A stretch of 64,000 nt of DNA from Syntrophaceae bacterium (lineage in GTDB: Bacteria; Desulfobacterota; Syntrophia; Syntrophales; UBA5619), in the NCBI GenBank assembly GCA_003141195.1, contig PLLC01000107.1, forward strand, positions 16,174-80,173, read 5' to 3'. Shown piece by piece: positions 10,274 to 18,493 of this stretch (position 1 is the first letter of the stretch; the number at the start of each line of letters is the position of its first letter). The translations under genes were made by a program, and so were the position numbers. The notes beneath the pieces are model-generated. The model did no database searches and was not told where the DNA came from. It saw only the letters and a program-made list of their open reading frames with translations.

Positions 10274-10852
10274 TCACGCAAATTCATACCGCGCGACCAC
10301 ATCCGCCCACCGGTTCTGCGCCTTCAGAATCACCTCGCACACCTCCCGAACGGCCCCCCGTCCTCCCCCGTGTTGCGTCACATAATCGGCGATCTGTCTA
10401 ACTTCCGGGACCGCGTCGGCCACAGCGACGGAAAACCCCGCCCGCCTGAGGAGAGGGATGTCGACCACGTCATCGCCGACACAGGCCGTCTCTTCCGGGA
10501 TCATATCCCGCCGCTTCAGGATTTCGGCAAAGGCCTCCGCCTTGTTCCAGATCCCCTGATGAACCTCGGTGATCCCCAGATCGGCGGCGCGGTGTTCGAC
10601 CACCCGGGATCGTCTTCCCGTCAGCAGCACCACATCGATTCCGAATCTCATGAGAATTTTCAGGCCGTGACCGTCCTTCACATCAAACTCTTTGCTCTCC
10701 AGCCCTGCATCGTCCATGACAATCCGTCCGTCGGTCAGAACCCCATCCACGTCGAGGATCAGGAGTTTCACCCTCCGGATTTTCTTCAGGAGTCGTTCTT
10801 CGGTTCCCTCTTTCACAATCGTCCCTCGTTTCAATCGGTTGCACACCATCAT
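10274..10852 (-). CDS. kdsC: 3-deoxy-D-manno-octulosonate 8-phosphate phosphatase KdsC (HAD)
   Basis: LLILDVDGVLTDG HAD motif I and GDDVVD motif IV. Start taken at ATG 10852, overlapping the kdsA stop (ATGA). The longer track ORF N-terminus was rejected. Confidence 0.85.
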   Translation of the reverse strand: MMVCNRLKRGTIVKEGTEERLLKKIRRVKLLILDVDGVLTDGRIVMDDAGLESKEFDVKDGHGLKILMRFGIDVVLLTGRRSRVVEHRAADLGITEVHQGIWNKAEAFAEILKRRDMIPEETACVGDDVVDIPLLRRAGFSVAVADAVPEVRQIADYVTQHGGGRGAVREVCEVILKAQNRWADVVARYEFA

Positions 10853-11682
10853 CCCTGATGTCCGCGCACAGCGGCATCGATCTTCATCAGGGTCGTCAAC
10901 AGTTCCGGCAGGCTGTCCAGTCTTAGGGAATTTGGCCCGTCGCACAACGCACGGTCCGGGTCGGGATGAACCTCGAAAAACAGGCCGTCGATTCCGGCCG
11001 CCACCGCCGCCCGGGCAAGACAGGGAACCATGCCACGGTCGCCGCCCGATGCCCTGCCGGCCCCTCCGGGAAGTTGTACGCTGTGCGTGGCATCAAAGAT
11101 GACCGGATATCCCGTTCCCCGCAGAATCGGGAAGGAACGGAAATCCACGACGAGATTGTTGTAACCGAAACTGACCCCCCGCTCGGTCAGCATGATGTTA
11201 TCATTTCCCGCCGCCGCGGACTTCTCCACAATATGGACGGCATCCCACGGGGCAAGGAATTGCCCCTTCTTGATGTTCACCGCCCTCGCCCGGCGGGCGA
11301 TCTCGACAACGAAGTCGGTCTGACGGCAGAGAAAGGCCGGGACCTGCAGGACATCGAGGATTGCGGCCGCCGGTGCGATCTCCTCAAAACGATGGACATC
11401 GGAAAGAACGGGAATGGCGAATTCCTCCCGGATCCTTTTCAGGATCTCCAGTCCCCGGACCAGACCCGGCCCGCGGTAGGCATCCCGGGAGGTCCGGTTC
11501 GCCTTGTCGTAGGAGGCCTTGAAGATAAACGGAATCCCGAGCTCCCCCGTCAGCGCCTTCAGGTCGCGGGCGATCTTCGCCGTCATTTCTTCGTCCTCGA
11601 TCACACACGGGCCGGCGATAAGCACCAGGGGGGCGCCGCCGCCGATCTCCATACCACCGACGCTGATCTTCTTCATCCGCAC
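10849..11682 (-). CDS. kdsA: 2-dehydro-3-deoxyphosphooctonate aldolase (KDO8P synthase)
   Basis: 277 aa. LIAGPCVIE...FKASYDKANRTS...QVPAFLCRQTD...FDATHSVQ are typical KdsA blocks. Confidence 0.93.
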   Translation of the reverse strand: MRMKKISVGGMEIGGGAPLVLIAGPCVIEDEEMTAKIARDLKALTGELGIPFIFKASYDKANRTSRDAYRGPGLVRGLEILKRIREEFAIPVLSDVHRFEEIAPAAAILDVLQVPAFLCRQTDFVVEIARRARAVNIKKGQFLAPWDAVHIVEKSAAAGNDNIMLTERGVSFGYNNLVVDFRSFPILRGTGYPVIFDATHSVQLPGGAGRASGGDRGMVPCLARAAVAAGIDGLFFEVHPDPDRALCDGPNSLRLDSLPELLTTLMKIDAAVRGHQG

Positions 11683-11698
11683 ATTCCTCCGGTATTCC

Positions 11699-13702
11699 TT
11701 ATGGTTTCTGCTGCATGATCCGGATCTTCATCTGCGGGATCCGCCGCGCCGCCCTCGTCGAATCGGGATTCAGTTCATAAGCCGTCGTGTAGGCCCTGAG
11801 CGCCTCCTGAAAAAGACCTTTCTTCTCATAGGCGGCCCCAAGATTCGCATAGACCTCGTCGTCCTCGGAATCCAGCTTCAGCGACATTCGGTAGTATTCG
11901 ATCTGACGGTCCAGGTCCCCCTTGAGGCCGTATGCGTAAGCGACGCTCGCATAGCCGGCGGCCTTCTTCGGGTTCTGATCGATCAGCATCTTATAGATCC
12001 GGATGGCCTTTTCGTACTGTTTTTCTTTCATATAGGCGTCGGCCAGGGTGTTCAAGACCCCGGTCGTGGGGTTCGCCGCCGCAAGCTTCTCATACATCGC
12101 GATCGATTCTTTCGTCTTGCCTGTCTGACCATAGGACAGGGCCAGATTCTGCCGAATCTGGGGGTCCTTTGCCCCATATCGGATGGCCTTTTCATAGTTC
12201 TCCGCGGACTGGGCCGGTTTCTTCAGTTCCGCATAGGCAAAACCGAGACGGGTATGGATCGCCGCTTTCCGGGGGCTCATCTTCACCGCCTTCTCATAGA
12301 GGCGTACAGCCTCGCTGAAACGCTTCGCCTTGAAATGGAGGGCGGCCAGTCTCTCCAGCGCGTCCGGATCGTTGGGTTTCAATTCCAGGACCTTCTGATA
12401 TTCCCGAACCGCGTCCTGTTCCCGTTTTGTCTTTTCATAGGCGGCCGCCAGATTGAATCGGACAACCGGATCCTCCGGGTTCAGTGCGATGGCCTTTCCG
12501 TAATTCTCGATCTCCTCCCTGGCCTGTCCCTTGCCGCCATAGGCCAAGCCGAGATTGGCATAGACGGCGGCATTCTTCGGCTGCCGTTTCAAGACCTCCC
12601 GATGCCACCGGATCGCCTCGTCGAAATTTCCCATCTTCAAAAAAACGCTCGCGAGGGCGGCCGCCACATGATCGGCCTTCGGCACCTTCTCCAGGACCAG
12701 GAGGTACTGCTCAGCGGCCTGGGCGAGATGACTCGACTTTTCATAGGCCTCTCCCAACTTGAAGATGGCCACGGGGTTGTCGGGCCGGATCTTCAGGGAG
12801 GCCTGGTAAGAGGCGATGGCCTTCTTCCAATCCCCCATCTGGCCCCAGGCCAGGGCCATGTCCGCCAGCGCGGCATCATCCCGCGGGTTGGCTTTAACGA
12901 TCCGCGCGGTGATCCGGATCACCTCCTCGTACTGTCCGCTCTTCAGATAACACTTAGCCAGTTCCGCCAGGATGGCCGGATCGTCCGGTTTCAGGACCAG
13001 GATTTCCTGATACTGCGCAATCGCTTCTCCCGTCATGCCGGCATGGAGATAGATGGAAGCGAGCATGCGGCGCACGCTCGTATCTTCCCGGTTCATGGCG
13101 ATCGCCCGTTTAAGGTATTCGATCTGGACCTTCTGATTCCCCGAACTCCGGGCATAACGCAGCCAGTCCTGGGGGGTGATCTGTATCCGGATGGGAATGG
13201 CCGCAATCAAATCGCCCCGATAGGTAATCCGCAGGGAAAAATCGCCCGGTTTGTTTTCGCCGAAGCCATTCCGGCCGGTCAGGACCGCCTTGTCCACCAG
13301 ATCGATACCCTTGAGGAGCTTTCGGAAATCATCCTTACCCCCGACCCCTTCGATATCTGCGGCAACCCCGCCGCCGAAGAGAACATCCGTCGAAATCTCC
13401 TTGATCACAAATTCATCCCGGTAGGAGACCTCAAAGATATCCCGGGAGGTCAGGCGGTAATCCCTCCCGTTCTTCTCCAGAATGAGCGCATAGAAATGGG
13501 GTTTCTGGTCGAGGATGATGAAGGAAAAGGTATTCCGAATTCTTGCCCATCCTTCCGGGATTACTTGAATATTTTCCGGATAGAGGAATGCGGCCAGACC
13601 GCATGCGGTCAGGATCACGAGGATCAGAACAACGATCTGGAGCTTCGTCGATTTTCGCCCCTTCCTTGCAGGTCTCGATGCTTTACCCGACTGATATTCC
13701 AT
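11699..13702 (-). CDS. membrane-anchored tetratricopeptide (TPR) repeat protein
   Basis: 667 aa. N-terminal TM helix (LQIVVLILVILTACGLAAFLY) followed by more than ten 34-aa TPR units (A..YEKA..L.P....A...LG.AY). Confidence 0.8.
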   Translation of the reverse strand: MEYQSGKASRPARKGRKSTKLQIVVLILVILTACGLAAFLYPENIQVIPEGWARIRNTFSFIILDQKPHFYALILEKNGRDYRLTSRDIFEVSYRDEFVIKEISTDVLFGGGVAADIEGVGGKDDFRKLLKGIDLVDKAVLTGRNGFGENKPGDFSLRITYRGDLIAAIPIRIQITPQDWLRYARSSGNQKVQIEYLKRAIAMNREDTSVRRMLASIYLHAGMTGEAIAQYQEILVLKPDDPAILAELAKCYLKSGQYEEVIRITARIVKANPRDDAALADMALAWGQMGDWKKAIASYQASLKIRPDNPVAIFKLGEAYEKSSHLAQAAEQYLLVLEKVPKADHVAAALASVFLKMGNFDEAIRWHREVLKRQPKNAAVYANLGLAYGGKGQAREEIENYGKAIALNPEDPVVRFNLAAAYEKTKREQDAVREYQKVLELKPNDPDALERLAALHFKAKRFSEAVRLYEKAVKMSPRKAAIHTRLGFAYAELKKPAQSAENYEKAIRYGAKDPQIRQNLALSYGQTGKTKESIAMYEKLAAANPTTGVLNTLADAYMKEKQYEKAIRIYKMLIDQNPKKAAGYASVAYAYGLKGDLDRQIEYYRMSLKLDSEDDEVYANLGAAYEKKGLFQEALRAYTTAYELNPDSTRAARRIPQMKIRIMQQKP

Positions 13703-13753
13703 AGACTCTGACCTCTCGACCGCCCTTGATCATCCAATTTAACGAAGATGTCT

Positions 13754-14641
13754 TCACCCCCGGGGATGATACTTCCGGTGGATCTCCTTCAGGCGTTCCC
13801 GCGTCACATGCGTATAGATCTGTGTCGTGGAGATGTCGGCATGACCCAGCATGATCTGCACGGAACGCAGATCGGCCCCCCCCTCCAGCAGGTGCGAGGC
13901 GAAGGAATGCCGGAAGGTGTGCGGATGAACCCTCTTGCCCAGACCTGCCTTCGCTGCATACTTTTTCACAATCTTCCAGAATCCCTGCCGGGTCATTCCT
14001 TTTCCCGAATGGTTCAGAAACAGGTGATCATTCTCCGCTCCTTTGAGAAGAAGAGGCCTCGCCCCGTCCAGATAACGTTTGACCCGATCATACGCCGTGC
14101 GTCCCACGGGGACAATCCTCTCCTTCTCTCCCTTTCCCATGGCGACCAGATACCCCACCTGCCAGTTGATGCTGTTTACGGTCAGCCCGATCAGCTCCGA
14201 TACCCGGATCCCGGTCGCATACAAGAGTTCGAGCATGGAGGCATCCCGGAGGTCCGCCGGCGTCGCCGCGCCGGGTTGCGCCAGCAGAAGGTTCATCTCT
14301 TCCCGGCTCAGTACGTCGGGAAGTCGCATCCAGACCCTGGCCAGTTCGATATGGGCCACAGGGGTATGTTCCACCTTCTTCTCCCGAAGGAGATATTTAT
14401 AAAACCCCCGGATGGCCGCCAGGGCGCGATTCACCGAATTGGCCGCCAGCCCTTCTCCCTGCAGCGACGCCAGAAAAGAAATTACCTCCTCCGTCCCGAC
14501 CCCGCCGATCCCGCGGGTTCCCCCTTCGCCGACAAACCCTGCATACCGGCTCAGATCCCGGCTGTATCCGTCGATTGTGTTGCGGGAGGCCCCCTTTTCG
14601 ACCGTTAGGTAGTTGAGATACTCATCGATCAGATGATGCAT
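13754..14641 (-). CDS. xerD: site-specific tyrosine recombinase XerD
   Basis: 295 aa. TGIRVSEL, HTFRHSFASHLL, LGHADISTTQIYTH, and the XerD-like MTRQGFWKIVKKYA block. Confidence 0.88.
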   Translation of the reverse strand: MHHLIDEYLNYLTVEKGASRNTIDGYSRDLSRYAGFVGEGGTRGIGGVGTEEVISFLASLQGEGLAANSVNRALAAIRGFYKYLLREKKVEHTPVAHIELARVWMRLPDVLSREEMNLLLAQPGAATPADLRDASMLELLYATGIRVSELIGLTVNSINWQVGYLVAMGKGEKERIVPVGRTAYDRVKRYLDGARPLLLKGAENDHLFLNHSGKGMTRQGFWKIVKKYAAKAGLGKRVHPHTFRHSFASHLLEGGADLRSVQIMLGHADISTTQIYTHVTRERLKEIHRKYHPRG

Positions 14642-14793
14642 GCTTTTTTTTAACGTAAATGACGCGGAGAAGCAAAGACTTTTTGACGGACGCGTCTCCG
14701 CCGCACGGCAAGGACAAAGGGCATGGATATAATCAATTGAGATTTCAACGGTTTCGGAAAGATCCTTGCGTAAAAATGTATGGTCACCCCTTT

Positions 14794-14822
14794 TTGATTT
14801 GACACCCCTTTTTGATTATGAT
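14794..14822 (+). promoter_or_regulatory. candidate sigma-70 promoter of the FDH/regulatory operon
   Basis: TTGATT (14794-14799), 17-nt spacer, TATGAT (14817-14822). Embedded in a tandem 15-mer CACCCCTTTTTGATT at 14785-14799 and 14803-14817. Confidence 0.45.
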
Positions 14823-14984
14823 AGTGCTCGCCGATCATTTCATTGGAATGATTTCCTTTTTCTCATGATCGCCGTTTCTGGGTTGTTCCTTTTTTTGTCA
14901 GGGAACACCGGCAGAGTAGCCGGATGATGCGCATCCCTTGCCATGATTTCGCGGGGAGGGACTGCAGCGGGAAGGAAGTGAATC

Positions 14985-15359
14985 TTGCTCCTTCGTGAGG
15001 TACAGAAAATCCTGGATGCCGAGGTACTGGTCGGGGCGGAAAAGCTCGATATGGAGGTCCATACCGCTTTCGGCGCCGACCTCATGAGCGATGTGCTGGC
15101 CTTCGCCGATTCCGGATGCCTTCTGCTGACGGGGTTGACCAATCCTCAGGTCATCCGCACAGCCGATGTGTTGGACATCGCGGCCATCATTATTGTTCGG
15201 GGGAAAAAACCCTCTCCGGAAACCCTCCGCGCCGCGGCAGACAAAAAAATCCCTGTTCTTTCGACAAAGTATATCCTTTTTGAATCAGCGGGTCGTCTGT
15301 ATGAAAAAGGGATTGTCGGTTCCGCACAGAAGGTGGATGGGCGCCGTGTCCGCTTGTGA
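14985..15359 (+). CDS. DRTGG domain protein (paralogue 1)
   Basis: 124 aa with a TTG start after GGAAGGAAG. DLMSDVLAF...LLLTGLTNPQVIRTA...IIIVRGKKP...IPVLSTKY pattern. Confidence 0.75.
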   Translation: MLLREVQKILDAEVLVGAEKLDMEVHTAFGADLMSDVLAFADSGCLLLTGLTNPQVIRTADVLDIAAIIIVRGKKPSPETLRAAADKKIPVLSTKYILFESAGRLYEKGIVGSAQKVDGRRVRL

Positions 15360-15798
15360 AAAATGGCTGTACGAGAACAGCTTCCCCGTCGATGGGGGCA
15401 ATTTTGACGATGCGGGCCGGGTTTCCGGAAGGATCAAGACGATCCTCAAAGAGATGGGGATCGAGAATGATGTGGTTCGGATGGCGGCCGTCATCACCTA
15501 TGAATCGGAGATCAACATTGTTTCCTATGCCCGACATGGGATGATCCGTCTCCATGTGCTGCCCGAATATGTTGAGATCGAAGTCGTAGACGAGGGGCCG
15601 GGGATTTCCGATATCCGTCTGGCCATGCAGCAGGGTTGGTCCACTGCCACCGACAAGATCCGGGAGATGGGTTTCGGCGCCGGCATGGGATTGAACAACA
15701 TCCGCAACTTCTCGGATATCTTTCACATCTCATCCGACGTGGGCAGCGGAACCCGCCTGAAGATGATCATCCATATCCAACAGGAACAGAATCGTTAA
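15337..15798 (+). CDS. GHKL/HATPase_c ATP-binding protein (anti-sigma-factor-type Ser kinase-like, no HisKA domain)
   Basis: Track ORF 15166-15798. Plausible starts are 15301, 15337 and 15346, all overlapping the preceding gene. N-box YESEINIV, G1 DEGPGISD, G2 GFGAGMGLNN. Confidence 0.75.
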   Translation: MGAVSACEKWLYENSFPVDGGNFDDAGRVSGRIKTILKEMGIENDVVRMAAVITYESEINIVSYARHGMIRLHVLPEYVEIEVVDEGPGISDIRLAMQQGWSTATDKIREMGFGAGMGLNNIRNFSDIFHISSDVGSGTRLKMIIHIQQEQNR

Positions 15799-15814
15799 CG
15801 CTGGAGAGAGGGTT

Positions 15815-16159
15815 ATGAATCTCGAGACCATCGTACAGGCATTGCAACTCCGTGTGAAATCAGGCAGAGACAGGTTGGGGGGCGAGGTCCGGGGGGGATA
15901 TGTCGGCGACCTCCTGAGCGATGTCATGGCCAACAGCCGGGAGGGGGATCTCTGGATCACCCGCCAGATCCATCAGAACATCGTCGCGGTCGCCAGCCTC
16001 AAGGATCTCGCCGGAATCATCCTGGTCCTGGGCGCCGAACCCGCCGCGGACACGCTGGAGAAGGCCATCCGGGAAAACATCCCGCTTTTCATGGCAGATC
16101 TGCCGGCCTTCGAAATGGCGGGCAGAATCTATCAGATGATCTGCCCGCGAAAGGCATAA
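15815..16159 (+). CDS. DRTGG domain protein (paralogue 2)
   Basis: 114 aa. DLLSDVMAN...LWITRQIHQNIVAVA...IILVLGAEP...IPLFMADL, parallel to paralogue 1. Confidence 0.75.
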   Translation: MNLETIVQALQLRVKSGRDRLGGEVRGGYVGDLLSDVMANSREGDLWITRQIHQNIVAVASLKDLAGIILVLGAEPAADTLEKAIRENIPLFMADLPAFEMAGRIYQMICPRKA

Positions 16160-16193
16160 CCATCGCAGCGAGGAAAGGGGAATCCTCCGGAAG

Positions 16194-16934
16194 ATGATCA
16201 GGGCTTTTCGTTGCGATCTCCACATGCACACCTGTCTTTCACCCTGTGCCGGCCTGGATATGTACCCGAGCGCCTTGGTCGGACGGGCCGTTGCTGAGAA
16301 ACTGGATGTGATCGCCATCTGTGATCACAACGCATCGGAAAATGTCCCCCATGTGATCCGGGCGGCACGGGGGCACGCACTGGTCGTCCTCCCCGGCATG
16401 GAGATCACAAGCCGGGAAGAGGTCCATCTGCTCGCGCTCTTTGACCGGATGGATTTTCTGCAGCGGCTCCAGGATATCGTTTATTCCCATCTGCCCGGAA
16501 TAAACGATGAGAGTCGCTTCGGTTGCCAGGCGATCGTGAATGAGTTGGACGAGGTCGAGGGGTTTAATAATAGACTGCTAATCGGGGCGACGGAAGTGGC
16601 CCTGGCGGATCTGGTCCGGCATGTTCATGACCTGGGAGGCATTGCCATCGCTTCTCATATTGACCGGGAGAGCTTCAGTGTGATAAGCCAGCTCGGTTTT
16701 GTCGATCCGGAGATCCCTTTCGACGCCCTGGAAATCTCCGGAAGAACAGGACTGGCGCGCGCGCGCAGGAAGTACCCGGAGCTTGCAAATTACCCCTTTT
16801 TGGCATCGTCGGATGCCCATCGGATCGAAGAGATCGGAAAGGGGTTCACGGAGTTCTTCCTGGAGGAACCGTCGGTTCACGAACTGAAGATGGCCTTTTC
16901 CGGACAAGCGGGCCGCCGCATAGCGGGTTTCTGA
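16194..16934 (+). CDS. PHP domain metal-dependent phosphoesterase
   Basis: 246 aa. CDLHMHTCLSPC...IAICDHN...SSDAH are the His/Asp metal-ligand motifs of the PHP fold. Confidence 0.8.
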   Translation: MIRAFRCDLHMHTCLSPCAGLDMYPSALVGRAVAEKLDVIAICDHNASENVPHVIRAARGHALVVLPGMEITSREEVHLLALFDRMDFLQRLQDIVYSHLPGINDESRFGCQAIVNELDEVEGFNNRLLIGATEVALADLVRHVHDLGGIAIASHIDRESFSVISQLGFVDPEIPFDALEISGRTGLARARRKYPELANYPFLASSDAHRIEEIGKGFTEFFLEEPSVHELKMAFSGQAGRRIAGF

Positions 16935-17500
16935 TGCTGGAGCTGGCGCTGCATATTCTGGATATTGCCGAAAACTCGGTCAGAGCCGGGGCAAAGACGG
17001 TCTTCATCGACATTACCGAGGACCGGATGAAAGATCGCCTGTCGATCGGGATCCGGGATGACGGTGTGGGGATGGATGATGCAACCCTGAAAAAGGCCAT
17101 GGATCCCTTCTATACCTCCAAAAAGGTGCGGAGGGTCGGCCTTGGACTTCCCTTGCTCAAGGAGGCGGCCATAAGGGCCGGCGGAAGTTTTACGATCGAT
17201 TCGCACGAAGGGGCTGGAACCCGCGTATCCGTAGGATTCCAGCTCAGCCACATCGACCGCCAGCCGCTGGGCGATCTGACGGGCGCATTCATGGCCCTGA
17301 TCGCAGGCAATGCAGGCGTCGATTTCGTCTGCCGGCATGAATGCGAAGGACATGTCTTTACGCTCGACACACGGGAGATCCGAAGCGAAATCGGTGATAT
17401 ACCTTTGAATCATGTGGAGGTCTTGAAATTTATCCGGCAACATATTATGGAAGGTCTAAGCGGGATAGGAACAGAGGCAAAAAGCGCTCATCATTATTGA
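16934..17500 (+). CDS. GHKL/HATPase_c ATP-binding protein (second copy)
   Basis: 188 aa. The ATG overlaps the PHP stop (TGATG). N-box ENSVRAGA, G1 DDGVGMD, G2 GLGLPLL. Confidence 0.8.
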   Translation: MLELALHILDIAENSVRAGAKTVFIDITEDRMKDRLSIGIRDDGVGMDDATLKKAMDPFYTSKKVRRVGLGLPLLKEAAIRAGGSFTIDSHEGAGTRVSVGFQLSHIDRQPLGDLTGAFMALIAGNAGVDFVCRHECEGHVFTLDTREIRSEIGDIPLNHVEVLKFIRQHIMEGLSGIGTEAKSAHHY

Positions 17501-17515
17501 AGGAGGATACGGTGC

Positions 17516-18010
17516 ATGAATGCGGAAAACAGTGAGCTGTTGAATGAATTTACTGCAGAACAGGTTGTAAAACTGGACGCGATCATCGCCAAACACCGGG
17601 AAAAACCGGGAGGATTGATTCCCGTCCTCGAGGAGGCGCAAGTGGCCCTTGAATATCTGCCGATTTCCGTCCAGAAGAAGATCGCCAAAGATTTGAAACT
17701 CCCGTTCAGCCGGGTTTACGGCGTGGTCACCTTCTATTCCTTCTTCACGATGACCCCCCGCGGCCGGCATACCGTTCGCGTCTGCCTCGGGACGGCCTGT
17801 TATGTGCGCGGCGGCAAGGCGATTGCGGAAGCCCTTTCGAAGGAAGTCGGCGTGGAAGAAGGAGAGACGACGCCGGACCGGAAATTCACCTATGAAACGG
17901 TCCGCTGCCTCGGCGCCTGCGGTCTGGGGCCGGTGTTGATCGTCGATGAGGATGTCCACGGCCGGATGAAACCATCCAAGATTAAAGGCGTGCTCAGCCA
18001 ATACAATTAA
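17516..18010 (+). CDS. NuoE/HydC/HndA-like [2Fe-2S] subunit
   Basis: 164 aa with an AGGAGG RBS. VRVCLGTACYVRG...VRCLGACGLGP cluster motif. Confidence 0.9.
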   Translation: MNAENSELLNEFTAEQVVKLDAIIAKHREKPGGLIPVLEEAQVALEYLPISVQKKIAKDLKLPFSRVYGVVTFYSFFTMTPRGRHTVRVCLGTACYVRGGKAIAEALSKEVGVEEGETTPDRKFTYETVRCLGACGLGPVLIVDEDVHGRMKPSKIKGVLSQYN

Positions 18011-18021
18011 TAGTGAGGTAG

Positions 18022-18411
18022 ATGACGATGGCCAAGCTGAAGATCGAAGATTTGAAGAAGATCAAGGAAAAGGTTCACGCCGAGACCGCCCTCCGGGAGG
18101 GATTCAACCGCGTGAAGGTTACCGTCCACATGGGAACCTGTGGGATCGCCTCCGGGGCAAAGCAGGTCATGGATGAGCTGCTGCGCGATATCGAGGAAGC
18201 GGGTTCGACCGACGTCATGGTCACCACCTCCGGCTGCATGGGACTCTGCAGCCGCGAACCGCTGGTAACGGTGGAGATCCTCGGTCAGGAACCGATCAAA
18301 TACGAATATGTCGATACGAACAAGATGAGACAGATCTTCAAAAGACATGTTCTGCAGGGGGAGATCCAGACGCCGTTCGTGCTGGCGAGGGGCGCGGAAA
18401 TTCTAAAATAG
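18022..18411 (+). CDS. small thioredoxin-like [2Fe-2S] ferredoxin (HndB-like)
   Basis: 129 aa. HMGTCGIASGA...TSGCMGLCSREP. Confidence 0.75.
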   Translation: MTMAKLKIEDLKKIKEKVHAETALREGFNRVKVTVHMGTCGIASGAKQVMDELLRDIEEAGSTDVMVTTSGCMGLCSREPLVTVEILGQEPIKYEYVDTNKMRQIFKRHVLQGEIQTPFVLARGAEILK

Positions 18412-18493
18412 AACCGGAAATTCAATGGGTTCGGATTCGCTGTTCCGGAACCGGCCGAAATGATATCAACATGTGAAGGAGGATAAAATCCAC

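Noticed and set aside
10274-10945. Longer 223-aa version of KdsC and similar long N-terminal extensions of rapZ, hpf, lptC, nadC, the PrimPol gene and the DUF1844 gene in the track
   Set aside because: The extensions overlap upstream genes or repeat elements and lack RBSs. Internal Met/GTG starts with SD sequences give the family-typical N-termini.
11519-13711. 730-aa plus-strand ORF antisense to the TPR protein and the kdsA start
   Set aside because: Low-complexity R/G/P/L-rich translation with no recognisable domain. The opposite strand encodes regular TPR units and a TM anchor.
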